From Guillardia theta CCMP2712 (lineage: Eukaryota > Protista > Cryptophyta), in contig NW_005434668.1 in NCBI RefSeq assembly GCF_000315625.1, positions 567,808 to 631,807 of the forward strand: 64,000 bases of DNA. Direction: 5' to 3'. The position numbers were made by a program, and so were the translations under genes. A model generated the notes under the pieces. It was given only the letters and a program-made list of their open reading frames with translations, was not told the origin of the DNA and ran no database searches. Numbering within the stretch: position 1 is the stretch's first letter; each line of letters begins with the position of its first letter. This document shows, one piece after another, positions 25,045-37,463 of the stretch.

Positions 25045-25138
25045 GCTGAAGCAATAAACATAGGTGATTCATTCGATGTTTAGTGGGATAAAAGATCTCT
25101 ATAAGAGTGCATGCACTAACAGCTCGCAACACCCATGC

Positions 25139-25324
25139 TTAGAAGAAGCCAGCCTGAACAGGGCGGGGACCGCCGAGGGCGACGTCAGTTCCGAGGAGGC
25201 CAGAGTCGCCGTTAGCAAAGATCTCAGTGCTGTTGGCCTTGGAGACAGCCTTGGCGGAGTTTCCGTCCAATCCCCAGATGTGGACCTGGTGGAGCTGGGT
25301 GGTAGACTGGAAGGAGCTGTACAT
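25139..25324 (-). CDS. 61-aa small protein of unknown function
   Basis: MYSSFQSTTQLHQVHIWGLDGNSAKAVSKANSTEIFANGDSGLLGTDVALGGPRPVQAGFF* with C-ending codon bias. ATG follows a branch/acceptor (ctgac...tacag|cATG). Confidence 0.65.
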   Translation of the reverse strand: MYSSFQSTTQLHQVHIWGLDGNSAKAVSKANSTEIFANGDSGLLGTDVALGGPRPVQAGFF

Positions 25325-25799
25325 GCTGTAATCAAAATGTCAGAATTCTTGTCGATAACGACAAATTTCGTTTGCAACGAGAAGGCTCACTTGCTCTACA
25401 GAACAATGTGCACTATAGAACAAACTGGACACTGATTGAAAACATCCCTTGTACAGGAACAGCCTTCAACATTCAATGTGCAGTATCAGTGCAACACGCA
25501 AAACCATTCGAACACACAGCCGCGGAAAAGCATTCATTTTTAAGTCCATGACGACCGAGAGGGAACAATAACACATAATACAACCAAAAGAAAAGCAGAA
25601 GCCATTGGCATCATAGGACTGCAGCAGTACAAAACAGCAACAGACAGTTTACACACATGACGTTCTGAAAACCGCGAAACAAGGAACAGCCATGCAAGCA
25701 TCACAATCATTGGCTTCATTTCTGACCCACACAAGCATTCAAGCTCATTCCCCCCTTCTCTTCCCCCCGCCCTCTCATCTTTCTGCATGGTGGGAGATG

Positions 25800-26100
25800 A
25801 CCTTTCGGCAGGTGGCTCTTGGGTGAAGCCACGGGTGTCTTATAGGGAATTGGAACGGGTGCAGGTGATGATAATCATGGGGGTAGGGGTGATTTGGTGA
25901 GGGGTATGTGGGAGGTTGTTCAGGTACAAAAGTTGTTGTATTGAGGGGTAGGGTGATGATCTTTGCACACACTGGGAGTAGGGTACTAGTTCCGGAGATG
26001 CTGGAAGAGACAACCCCTAGGGGTAGGTACTCAATGGTGAAACGTAGGGGTGGGTGTGGACTTGTGTGAGGGGGGTCCATGTCCCTATGTTGACCAACGG
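25800..26100. promoter_or_regulatory. GGGGT-rich promoter-type cluster
   Basis: Dense GGGGT/GGGT words upstream of the inferred 5'UTR exon of the 61-aa gene. Confidence 0.5.
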
Positions 26101-27439
26101 AAAATAACGGTTTGGTGGCTGAATGCCGGAACGGGAGCAAGACAGTAGCGGAGGAGGGAGGAGGAACAGAAGGAGAAAGGGAGGTAGACATTTACACGAA
26201 GAAAGGATTGAAGAGCATTGTACAGAGGTTAGGGATGTATTCTTGTTCGTATGTTACCACCGATGGGTGGAAAGTTTGATTGGGAGGGTTGAACTAGCTT
26301 CATTGAATCTGGTTCGAGAGGCAAGTAGATTGTAAAATCAAGCAGGATCAAGTAACGCACAAAGCTCAAACCGATGATACAGGAGAAAGCCTTCCACATG
26401 ATGTCTCAGTGTGAGGCGATAGGCTTATCAAAGCAATCAATTGTAACGCTGATCAAAGCAAGCAACCTCAGCTTGGTGCATAAGAAGGATAACATAGAAG
26501 ATGTTTTGTCTTGTTGAACGTAGCTTGGCATACTAGCATATAGAACATGATTTAAATATATTGAAGGTTTCAAGGAATCACGCCCAATGCATTCACATCG
26601 AAGTTAGAAAAAGTATGCCGGGGGGGGGAACTCCATACTCTCAGGGTGCATGTATACAGTTTCCACAATGGAAAGCGTGCTCAAACCATGATTCTCCTGC
26701 TCGCTTGGCGAGCTTTGTTTGATTTGTCTGTTTGTTCTAGACAATAAGGTTCGTCACATTCGGATGATGTACCCCAGAAGCCTTGACAAATCTTGCATTT
26801 ACCAAATTTTGGATTTTTGTTTGATTATTTGACATTCTCCTCACAGCCTTGTAGAACCTCCCTGAATTTGATATGGTTGTGTCATCAAGTAAGCGGAAAC
26901 CCCGTGAAAATCTTACAGACGATGAGGTAGTGAGATGTATTCTTGAAATCAATTCGACTGACTATTCTCTTGTGTCTGCCCTTGCCCGCCTTGAAACAAC
27001 TTCAGCTGAAGCAGCTCTGTGTGATCGCCGTGAGACAGCATAGAGACGAATGCCGTTTATGGAACTCCTTAAGGGTAGGCTTAGTGAATCACTTGGGGCA
27101 TGATATCTGTCAACAGCTTGAAATTTGGGTCGCAACATTTTATGCGACAAAGGAAAGTATTCCTAGAGATAGTGATGTGGAAGCCTTTGCTGATCAAATG
27201 ATCGAACGAAGGAAAAAGGGCTTGACATGATTGCTTAATTTTTTTTGTTTCAAAACATATTGTTTCAAAACAACCAAAATATTTAACAAATTAAAACATT
27301 GAGACGTTTCTAAGATAAAACAAGAATATGTTCATCCTGATCAGGAATTGACTTGTGCTATAGAGGTGAATCACGAGTCCTCCTCCCTCTCTCCTTCTAC
27401 TCTACTCCTCTTGCTGCCTCCACTGCTGCTTTCCGCCCA

Positions 27440-27635
27440 TTCATACCAACCTCTAGTCCAGGGCAGCAGGGGTGGGGGTGAGAGAACAGAGCCGAGGGGT
27501 GGGGTAGAGACTAAGGAAAAGAGGGGTAGTACAAAGATCCGCAATTTTGAGATGGGGTAGTATAATTAGTGTATTGGATGGATTAGGTAAGGGTGGGTTC
27601 ACAATAACACTCTGGATCAGGGGGTGGGGTCATAC
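27440..27635. promoter_or_regulatory. GGGGT-rich promoter-type cluster without clear flanking ORFs
   Basis: Repeated GGGGTG/GGGGTAG. Confidence 0.4.
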
Positions 27636-28499
27636 CGCGCACGCAGCGGCGCGGCGGGCATGGCAGAGGAAGAAGGAAGATCAGGGCAGGCGAGGAGGAT
27701 GGGAAGGAAAGCAGAGATTGAGAAGAGTGACGATGAAAGAGGATGAAATGAGAGACAACTCGATTCTTTTCAGAGGAGTGTGACGTGAGGAAGGGCAAGA
27801 AGTAGATTTGAGACAAAGATATGAACCAGGAATGTTCTGTAATGGGGTTGGATATCTCAGAGGCACCTCGAAGAAGGAGATGCTGCAGAATATGTAGTTA
27901 GTTGTAGAAATTCTCTCAGAGTACCGGGTGAGAATCCTTGAACACGGACAGAAAGGGATTTGAAGGGATCATTGTAAGAGTCGTGGATCCGTTCCGTCGC
28001 AGAAACCTCGTTGGGGTGAAGTTGTATTGGATTATTTATGTATCGGAAGAAGTGCGTACCATGCACCTGTCACTTGCTCATAGTTCTGAGCCGTAGTCTC
28101 CTGGCTAGCTACTTGAGTTGATCTAAGACTGGACTGAGGTTGTCTAACTCGGTCTCCTTTCGTAAAGAGCTTGCGGTTCTATGAGTAGGCCATTGCACGA
28201 TGTTGTTCTTGTCTCACAAAATTCGTAATGTCTTCGCCTTTTGACCGAACCTTGTGGTACAGCTTTAATAACTAAGCTAGAAAAGCATGAGCATCGGAGT
28301 TCCAGTCAAGCTTCTGGTGCGAGAACTACCAGCTATGTGACTGCACTGACTTTGTCCAAGCATGAGGCTGAAAGCCACATCATAACTGTAGAGTTGAAGT
28401 CCGGGGAGGTAAATTTCTGAGGTTTCATGCCCGTGGACTGAGAATGCTCCTAGTTGTATCGTGGAACTTTGCAAGAGGCGGAGGACAACATGAACTGCA

Positions 28500-31400
28500 A
28501 GTACGTCAGAGCCTTTCTGGTCTTGCTGGTTTTGCCTCTTCTGACTCATAGAAAGCATGACCAATGTGACAATGACCGGGAGAGATGGAAGGTGACGCAT
28601 TAGAATTTGCGAGAAAATCATACTAACATCATTTCAGTATCTCAACTCTTGAGCAAGTTTTCATCAGAGGCGGTTTGATTCGGTAAAGTTTATCACATTA
28701 TTGACGCCTTTACCACATGTGAAAGTGTTTCGTCTTTAGATTTGTAATTTTGCCGGATATTCTTAAGAATGCGCCAATGTTCAAACGCATAGGTAAGGTC
28801 CAGGTTCTCATGTGGCGACTTGTAACGTTTCTGCAAAGATCCAAAGCAAGGCATTCTACGAGGCAAAGGCGTTGGTATCGGACGATCGACGGCAGCGAGA
28901 GCTCGGTGAACTTGTGCCTACTCTTCCTCTACACGTGTTGTAATTTCTTGCGTTTGCAGTCGTGGCGGTGGCCCCCCTGGCGGTCCTCCTCGTGGTGGAG
29001 GAGGAGCAGTCAATGTCCGCCATTGAGCATGCTTGCTGCTCTTACATCAGAGCTTCCGTCCCATCTCGCCAGAGGGAAGTCGAAGAATTCGCTCTATGCT
29101 GAAGTCAATGTATCAAACAGGAGTTTCGATCTCAATCAATTGCAGGATAGTTTCCTTGATTAGTGATAGACGTGGCGAGGATCAGGAATGGGATTCGAGA
29201 ACGAGATCAAGAGTTGTTGCTTTGAAGAATCAATGTTTAATAGATTTACAAACGTTATCACAGTCGTTCCTTTCCTCGGCTTCATTCGATCGCTGAAATT
29301 GAGATGCTAGTGATGTGTTCTTCTGCGCAGGTCATTTGCAAACATTTACAGAGAGCTGTGATAGGAGTCATCAATCCTCTCTCGCTGCCACACTTTCATC
29401 ATGATTCCGCCTTGAACGACATGTTTAGCTGTTGGATCCTTGAGGAAGAAACTTGTACCTGATATCCGCCCGATGTCCGTCAGATCGTCAATCGGCTTGT
29501 CGACAATCGTGGACGACCCCTTCACTTTGGTTTCTCCCTCCAGCCACCTACTCATCATGTTCATGTCGCTTCATCACAAGCTCTCACTGCTGTTACCAGT
29601 CCGTGAGGCCAAGAAAGAAGTTGGCGCGTTGGGCCTGCAGTTAAGATCAGATTCCTGTAGATGGGCCTGAGCTCACGACACGGAGTCACCTTGCTCAACT
29701 GATCGTCGGAGACCTGTATCTGTTTCCACATCTCAGGGCTCCAAGCTGCCATCTGACCAACAAGATTGAGGCGACATCGACAGCAGGAGAGGGAGGACAG
29801 ACGTTGTTGTTGGATTGAATGAGAAACTTGTAGACGTCGTCGGCGTCGAGCACTGTCGCTTGCTTGGTCATCCACTTGCTCTATGCCCAAGTTCAGTTCA
29901 AGTGATGAAATTGGTGGTTGACAAGGGACGGGGTGGTCTACCTGAATGATGGACATGACGAGGTTGTCTAACTGTACATACGGCGACATGGACGGCGTCA
30001 CTTTCCTGGTAAGTTTGGAATCGTCAGCAGCCGCCAGCCTTTGGAGGCGGATGAGGGAAGACAAAACAAGGGAAAGTGAAGGGAGGGATCGATGGAGAGG
30101 GCCAGGGAGGACGGAGGTGGGAGGGAGTGGGAAAAGGATGTCAGCTCACATCTTGAACATGCTTTTGAAATCGGTACGCAAACGGTCGACTGCAGCCTGT
30201 TCAACAGCAATCACTCTGACAGCATTCCAGGATTTCATTACCAGAACATCGCCGTAGGAGGGATGCTTTGAGTGGAACTCAGCGGCCGCTTGGGAGTAGA
30301 TGTTATCTCCCGCCGGTGTGTCTGGAAGGTCAAGAAACCTCTGCTATAATGATCAGCGGTGCCACCATGTTCCTCCCGCACCTTCTCGTAAGGGGGTAGA
30401 TTCTCATGCGGCAGGAGCCCGTCTCTGTAGAGGCTTCGCTTCCCCAGGCTCGGACGGTACCAGTAAGTCCTCCTGCGAGGAGCGGTGATTGAATTGCCCT
30501 CATGACACGCCGGAATCTCACTTGAGTGTTTCGTCATGGAATGTCTCTGGTCTATTCTTCGTCAGGTACCAGTCCAGCGTGCCGAAGAACGTGGCTGATC
30601 CAAGCTAGTCAAAAGCAAAGACATGATTCGATTGAAGCGGAGTACAAGTGTTGTCGTCCTCTTGGAACAAGCTTGTTGTTCCCAGCATATAGCTGAAGCA
30701 GCAGAAGTCAGAGCGTTCTTCCCCTCTTGCTGTTTCGCATTACGGTGCATAAAAGTTGCTGATCCCCGCCCACTTGTCTGCCTATGCCGTTAACTCCTCC
30801 TACAGTTTGGCATAGGCACCAACCTGAAGTCTCTTTGTCCATCTTTTCTCCTGTATAGCTAGAAGTTGAACCATTCAGATCGATGTTGTCACAAGCAACC
30901 ACTGCTCTTGCCTTCCGTTCTTGTAGTACTTGAAAGTTTCATGTCCAGGAAACCAAAGCTCACTGCAAAGAAAATCGTCGGCGATGCAAAAACATGTCCT
31001 GCAACACAAGTCTACCTCAAAGGTTTCCAAGCACTTGTATCGTTAGGATTATTCCATGGACCATCATTTCCATCTTTCTTAAGATCTTCGAGTAGATCTA
31101 CCACCAACCGCATGATCATGCACTTCAGATTGATGTGAGCAATCTTACCTTTCGGCGGTCCCGGCATGAACCCCCGCAAACCATGTTTGAGCCTATCAAC
31201 ACCATACAACTCGTGGTCTTCCTCATAGTTGTCCTCGAACTCCTTCTTGGATGCTTCATATCGTTCGCGCACGCGAGCAAAATGCTGATAGTTGCACTGC
31301 GGCGAGTTTCAGTGATGAGGAGTTTTGAGTGCGAGCGAGGGCATGCCAAGGACTCATACCAATATTTTGGAGTCTTCGAATATTGAGACTGGAAAATGAG

Positions 31401-31833
31401 AGGCGTTGAGGTCACGAGGCTCATCTTCGAGGTCTCTCTGAAACGGTTCATCGTCCAGGTCTCGCATCTTGAGCTTTTGGTACTCGCGCAGGGACTTCCT
31501 ATAGCTCTTCATATTGCTATGGCTCAAGATATTCTCTGCATTGTCGGCATAGTGAACCTCTCTTGTCTTCCTGTGTCTCCTGCCCTCGTTGGTTTTTTCT
31601 GGCTCGGGCTTTGGGACCATGAAGTCTGCAAGCCCCCCGCCTCGAAGCCGCAGTTGTGCTCCGGATATTTTACAGCTCCTCCCCCCGCACGCTCTCCCCA
31701 TTCCTTGACTCATCGTCTTCACTTCCACCAAATGCTCTTCATGTCCCATCCGATCGCCTCCCATGCATGTCGCTATCGCCATCGCTGCCACCAGACGCAG
31801 CCATCCTCCAACCATTCCGTCCGCCCGATTCAT
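28500..31833 (-). CDS. Large multi-exon hypothetical protein with signal peptide and LRLRGG motif (3' end uncertain)
   Basis: First exon MNRADGMVGGWLRLVAAMAIATCMG...QLRLRGG. Exons can be chained (KPLSELWFPGHETFKYY; TFFGTLDWYLTKNRPE; TYWYRPSLGK; NFFLGLTDWWLEG). Confidence 0.55.
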
Positions 31834-32112
31834 AACCCCACCCCCCGTCGAACCATCGAAGGAGGGGTAGTCAAATCGCAGGGTAGGTTGCGCCAGACAG
31901 CTGCATTGCGGAATCTGCTCGTGCGAGAGGACGAGGAGCGAGGACGAGGAGCGAGCGAAGAGAGGCAGAGGCAGAGTCAGCAGAGAATTCAGACATCCTT
32001 CTCACAGTCAGGTCAGGATCTGTCATCTCCTTCCTCACCTCTTTGCCTCCCTCACCAACTCCAGTGAGATTCACCTTGCTGTATCTTGAACCTAGTTCAA
32101 TACCAGATCAAG

Positions 32113-32578
32113 ATGTCCAAGCAAGAGCAGGAGCAGAGGGTGAATAATGCCAAGAACGAGATTTCAGCATTCAGTGACATGTACAACAGGTAAGTTTGCT
32201 GTGATTTTTTTTTTTGTGTTTGCCCTGTTTTTGTCCAGATTCTATCTCGATCCCAATAACCGCAAATGGTAGGATGCTGAAGCAATGTTTTGAGAAATGC
32301 GTAGAGCATTATCATGACAGCGAACTTGCTCTTGGCGAGAACGTGTGCATTGATAGGTAAATTTGATGTTTTTGATTGCTCAATGCTTCTATACCCCAGG
32401 ATCGGGATGGTTTGAATGGGAGGAAAATGACCCTGCTGATAGATGTGTGAGCAAGTATGTCTCTGCGCAAGAGAAAGTTGGTGCAACCATGACAAAGGTA
32501 GTCTGCTGACATGCGATCTCGAAGATAAGTCTGATGTGAGACATAATGCAGGTTACATCTCAGATGCAACAGATATGA
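32113..32578 (+). CDS. TIM10: Mitochondrial small Tim chaperone, Tim10-like
   Basis: Four exons: MSKQEQEQRVNNAKNEISAFSDMYNR|MLKQCFEKCVEHYHDSELALGENVCIDR|CVSKYVSAQEKVGATMTK|VTSQMQQI*, with twin CX3C. Confidence 0.9.
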
Positions 32579-33149
32579 AGCGATGCTGTCCCACATATGA
32601 CAATCTGAAATACCGGCGTAAAGAATCTTTGTTTCCAGCCATGTAGAGCATTACATCTTGGTGTCTATCATTCTAATGGTATGAGCAACTTTCTGCCAAG
32701 ACATCTCCCTTCACACTTGGAGTGTGAGGGAACAAACTGGGCATGCTCATCGAATCTATGAGTTGCACAGATGATCCGAGCCATCGTGCCATGATATGTC
32801 GCAGCCTCCCTGTCTATTCCAAGTTTCATCGCTCACGGTAATAGCGCAGACGTCACTGCGTCAGAACTCAGACAGGAACTGTCAGTGAGCCTCGAGCTTC
32901 GGAGTCGCTGCCAGAGTCAGTTGAAAGTTCCGCTGAGCGAAACTTGCCAACGACAGGCTTGACTATTACGTACTTCCTGGCCAGGCTCACCATGCCATGC
33001 CATGCCATGATGATGTACCGTGACTGCTGTCACCGTGGCTCAGGATGCTTAAAGTTCCGAGGGACGGTTCAATCTTGCAGCACTACTGATGAATGTGGGG
33101 CTGATCTTTGATCACATCTCAGTAAGTTTTACCCCAGTTTGATCACTGC

Positions 33150-33540
33150 CATGCCGGATCACTGGGGTCCCGCGAGGTTGCTCTAACCTAGGCTAGGCTA
33201 AGTTTCCGGGGAAGTTCAGCGGCCTGGTCGGGCCGTCCGACCTTACCGAGCTGAGTCACTAACAAGCCGGTAACCGCCGGGGCCGGACATTTACTAGTTT
33301 CAAGTTTAGGAGTCCGCCTCACGCCACTGCGCCGGTGCCGGCCCGGCCCGCCGCGGCCGACCCGGGGCTCCGGCCCGCTCGGGCACCCACCCGGCTGACC
33401 GCCTCACTGTCAGTGCCACGGTGAGCTGCTCCGCACTGCGGCGGCGCCCGACTCGAACCGGTGACTTGGATCTGTTTACCGTAGTACTAAAGTTTTAGTC
33501 ACATCCCGTACCGGCCCCATGGCGACGGTAGGTCCAACTT
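33150..33540. other. GC-rich non-coding island 3 (AAGTT/TGAC-rich flank from ~32860)
   Basis: Same vocabulary; lies between Tim10 (+) and the MORN gene (+), followed by an ACCCC/GGGGT cluster at 33550-33700. Confidence 0.8.
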
Positions 33541-33720
33541 GCCTTCCTGCACCCGAAGTTACCCCGAGACAACCCCACGAGAGGAGGGGTGGGGGTACTG
33601 CCAGGCCGTGCCTGTTCTCGTGTTAGTTTCCTGGTAGGGGTACTAGAGTCAGTCGGAAGGCCCCCCGGGTGGGGTGGTATGTTTGACGGTCAGGGGTTTC
33701 CGAGCACCGTACCTGACTCA

Positions 33721-36042
33721 ATGGCGGGGACGAGCGGCAGCTGGAGTTGGCGAGAGGGACATGCGTCGCACCATGTCGGGGGGACGTACGTTGGCGAGTA
33801 AGTCGAAGTTTGACTAGCCATGGTGCATTCAGTGATGCTTCAGAGTTCTCATGTTGTTGTGCCTGTCCCATGACAGTGATGCTTTCGTGTTGGTTTGAGA
33901 TAAACCAGAAGTTTGATTTCATTACTTGCTCCAACAAGACAGTTATCAGAAATATACAAAGCAATCGTACAAAACTTTAACTGATCGGCTGTTGTGATCT
34001 GTTTGACCGTTGTATTGTTTTTATTCAAGGTGGAAAGATGGGAAGCCAGTGGGGGCTGGGCAATTCACCGGACACTCAGGGTTGAAGTACATTGGTTCAT
34101 GGAAGGACGGAAAAGCGAATGGTACCTACATTCTAATAGATAGACCTCATGGGCTCACGCACCAACTTCACAGGACAAGGAAAACTCGTGCTTCCCAAGG
34201 ACTACACATTTGAGGGAGAATTTGTGGATGGCGTTTGCGAGGGAGAAGGTAGACGTGTATGGTGAGTCGGATGATTTAACTGTCCGGGACAACGTTCTGA
34301 TCCTACGTCAGGCTGGATGGGACTTATGAAGCAGGAACCTTTCAGAATGGCAACCTCAACGGGTTCGGGAAGTCGAACCACAACGAAGAAAGTGAGTCTA
34401 CCCTATTCTCAGATTTGATGGAGTGACTTGTCTGTTTGTTTTGCAACCGACTGTTTCTTGGCGTACCTCATGTGCACCTTGAAACTCCAGACATGACGTA
34501 CGAAGGATATTTTCTTGATGGGATGCCGCATGGCTCGGGGTACGGCAAACTTCGAGGCGGTGAATGGTTTCGCGGTGAATGGGAGTATGGAAAACCTTTC
34601 AATGGCCAGTGTGTGCAAACAAAAGTTGCTGCAGACACTTTTGGAGATTTCATTTACATATACAAAGGGAGTTTGAAGAATGGCGTTTGGGATGGCCAAG
34701 GGAAGTTAGGGTATTTCGAAGAAAAGTTTGCAAGCAGAGAAATTTGGACTTACGAAGGTGAATTTTCCCAAGGTCACTGTCATGGTCAGGTAACAACATC
34801 AACTTCTTACATGTAGCCGTCTCTGAATCCCAGTTGTACTCTCGCAGGGCAAGAAGAAACACACTCTTGGGTGGTCGTATGAAGGGGAATGGATTGCCGA
34901 TGAGATGGAAGGAGACGGCAAGCTTACATACAAGAGTGGTGAGGAGATAGTCGGACAATTTTCCCATGGTAGACCACATGGAAAGGCAGTGAGGACATCC
35001 AGCGATGGCCAATACCAAGATGGCCAATGGTCTCATGGTGAATTTGTGGAAGGAAAGTGCAAAATGTTTTGGGAAGACGGACGTATCTACGAGGGCCAGT
35101 AAGTTGCTGACTGCTGAGTTTCAGTAGAGCGAGTGAGAAAATGACAGGTTTCGTAACCGGAAGATAGATGGAGAAGGCATCATGAAATGGAAGGATGGGA
35201 CGGAATTGCGGGGAGTGTTCGAGAATGGAAATTTCCCTAAGGAAGCCAATGTAATCGAACACGGGCAGGAAATGAAGTGTACGTTTCGTGGTCTGTTTGG
35301 AACCAACATAGGTATATCCGTCCCCTATTTTGCCGTGTCCGTCGACAGATGACTTTGTTATGCAGGCATGGATGCTTGCAAGGGACATATTCCCAAACCT
35401 GTTACAACTACATTCCTCACAGAAACGCTATCTCAAAACCATGACAACAATGGCAGGCGAAAATCATTACTCGGCGGACAAACAAAAGAAAAGTTTCTTT
35501 GGAAAAATCTTGCTTCTAAGCGCGGTTGGGCTTTGCTTCCTTTACTGAGCCGCAAGAAGCAAACTGCTCAAGATGACTCGGACGTCGCCGTTCAACGAAC
35601 AGATAACTCAAGTGAAATTGACATGTTTACTCGGACATCATCGGCTCCAGAAACTTCGGCAGAGAAGGAGCTTGCCCACAATTTCCATCATCCAGCAATA
35701 TCTAGGAAAGAGCAACCAGAGGAGAAGAAGACAAATGAGGTCAAAACTATCAGCGAGATCATTTACCGCACAACATCCAATAAGGACGTCTTGCATTCAG
35801 GATCAGACAGTAAGTTGGACAGTCCAGAGGAATCGAATATGTTTTCTCGTACAAGTTCTGCTCCTGTGTCCTCAAAACCCAAGTCCAGGAAAAAAGCGCT
35901 CAGCATGAGCGGGAGGCGACACAAGTCGCAGTCTTTCCGGAAGAACAATTTTGCTGCAGTTTTGAAGGTTGACGAATTGGATGGATTACGCAGAGTTCCA
36001 TCAAGTGAGCATCACAAGGATCATGGCAAGTCAGAAGATTGA
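33721..36042 (+). CDS. MORN-repeat protein with low-complexity C-terminus
   Basis: Multiple YxGxW/FxxGxxxGxG repeats (YVGE|WKDGKPVG, YIGSWKDGKANG, YEGYFLDGMPHGSG, YEGEFSQGHCHGQ); terminal exon ends at 36042. Confidence 0.9.
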
Positions 36043-36265
36043 TGAAGGGTTGAAAGTACATGAAGAATATAAACAAGATCCTGTGAATGCATCAATATCA
36101 ACACGATGACGCGAGATGATTCTGCAAACTGCAATCAATCAATTCTATTCCTCAGAGAAGACTTGAGGAAAGCTTCCTGAAAAGAGAGTGGTCTTCATTC
36201 GAAACTTTGCATTAGACCGACAAGTTAACATCCTAATCAACAACAGATTCTCTTCGCATCGAGAA

Positions 36266-36707
36266 TTAAGTAGTCTTCTGCATATCCCACCATGCTGCCT
36301 TAGTTTCTTTTGGTGTCAAGTGTTGTTTTAGCAGGCGCGTGTCACGATTTTCCATGTGATGATCCCACATATCCATACCGTGATAAACACGGAAAGGGAT
36401 GGGCCCTTCGTTGGGCTATCAAACCAATCAAGTTAGACATGAAATGGCCAATTAACAAAGATAAGTTCTTAAAGGATCACATCATAAACAAGAACAAAAC
36501 AGTAGCGGCATCATACCAAAGGCACATCAATAGACGTCAGTTGAAAATCTCGATTGATAGCACATAGAAAATAGAAACATGGAAGAATGGCAGAAGAGGG
36601 AGAACCTTGTTAGCCTTGAACAACCAGTTGACACCTGCTTGGCAGAATCCGATGCCTGCGACACCTAAGGAGATGATGAGGAAGGGAGGGAGCGACTGAG
36701 CAGGCAT
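36266..36707 (-). CDS. NDUFA1: Complex I accessory subunit NDUFA1 (MWFE)-like, 83 aa
   Basis: Exons 36707-36606 and 36415-36266: MPAQSLPPFLIISLGVAGIGFCQAGVNWLFKANK|PNEGPIPFRVYHGMDMWDHHMENRDTRLLKQHLTPKETKAAWWDMQKTT*. It has an N-terminal TM with LPP..II and a D.WD..ME.RD.RL motif. Confidence 0.8.
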
Positions 36708-36887
36708 TGCTTCTCCGCGCCGGCGGCGGCAACCGTGTACAAGTACTTCTATATAAAAACTTTCTTTTTAATATTCCAACCATACATACACAGTTTTTGA
36801 TTTTATACAATGCCTTTGTAACAATTTTTGTATGAATCTTAATTTGACTTACAAATCAAAATATTATTTATGCATTCTGTACCCAGA

Positions 36888-37416
36888 ATGAGCTACCCTC
36901 TAAAATGTTTTAGTAATCCTCAATTTGGAGCAAAGGTATGGCAGGAGGCTTGTGAGGCGACAGGGGAGAGAAGGCGAGAGGATGATTACGTTGCGAGCTC
37001 TTTGATGGGGGGGTACTAGCCGAGTACCCATGTACTCGTAAGATGGAAACAGCTTGAGACAATGAGATGTAGTCTTCGTTTTAGAGTTTGTTCACTTCCA
37101 GTCCTGTCGATATTTGAAGCAAAGGTTTTAAGGAACTGATAATGTTTTTTCCTGCAGCATCCTTACTTGTGTTGAAGAAATGTTTGAGATATTGGCTCAT
37201 TGTGTTGAATATTCGGATCGAGCAGCGGGCATTTGCGGTCAGATCAATCCTGTTGTGACGATCAGCAACAACAAGGTTTCGCCTGGGGTTTGTGTGAGAG
37301 GAGCAGGAGGCCCCTGCACATTCACAGCAAGTAGCGATGGCATCTCAGGCTCTGTATCTGGCGATCATAGCAGCGCAGACAGTCTATGTAGCTCCTGGGA
37401 CAGCAGTTTCTGCTGA
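36888..37416 (+). CDS. Possible small multi-exon hypothetical protein
   Basis: ATG 36888 and several GT-AG introns can be chained (MSYPLKCFSNPQFGAK|LFDGGVLAEYPC...|QVAMGISGSVSG...SFC*); model not unique. Confidence 0.35.
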
Positions 37417-37463
37417 GGCCACCTGAAGCTTGCCTTGGAAATGTTTGCGTAATCCTTTTTTTC

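Noticed and set aside
36310-36567. Plus-strand 85-aa ORF, first suspected as a transposon remnant
   Set aside because: It is the antisense of NDUFA1 exon 2 and its intron.
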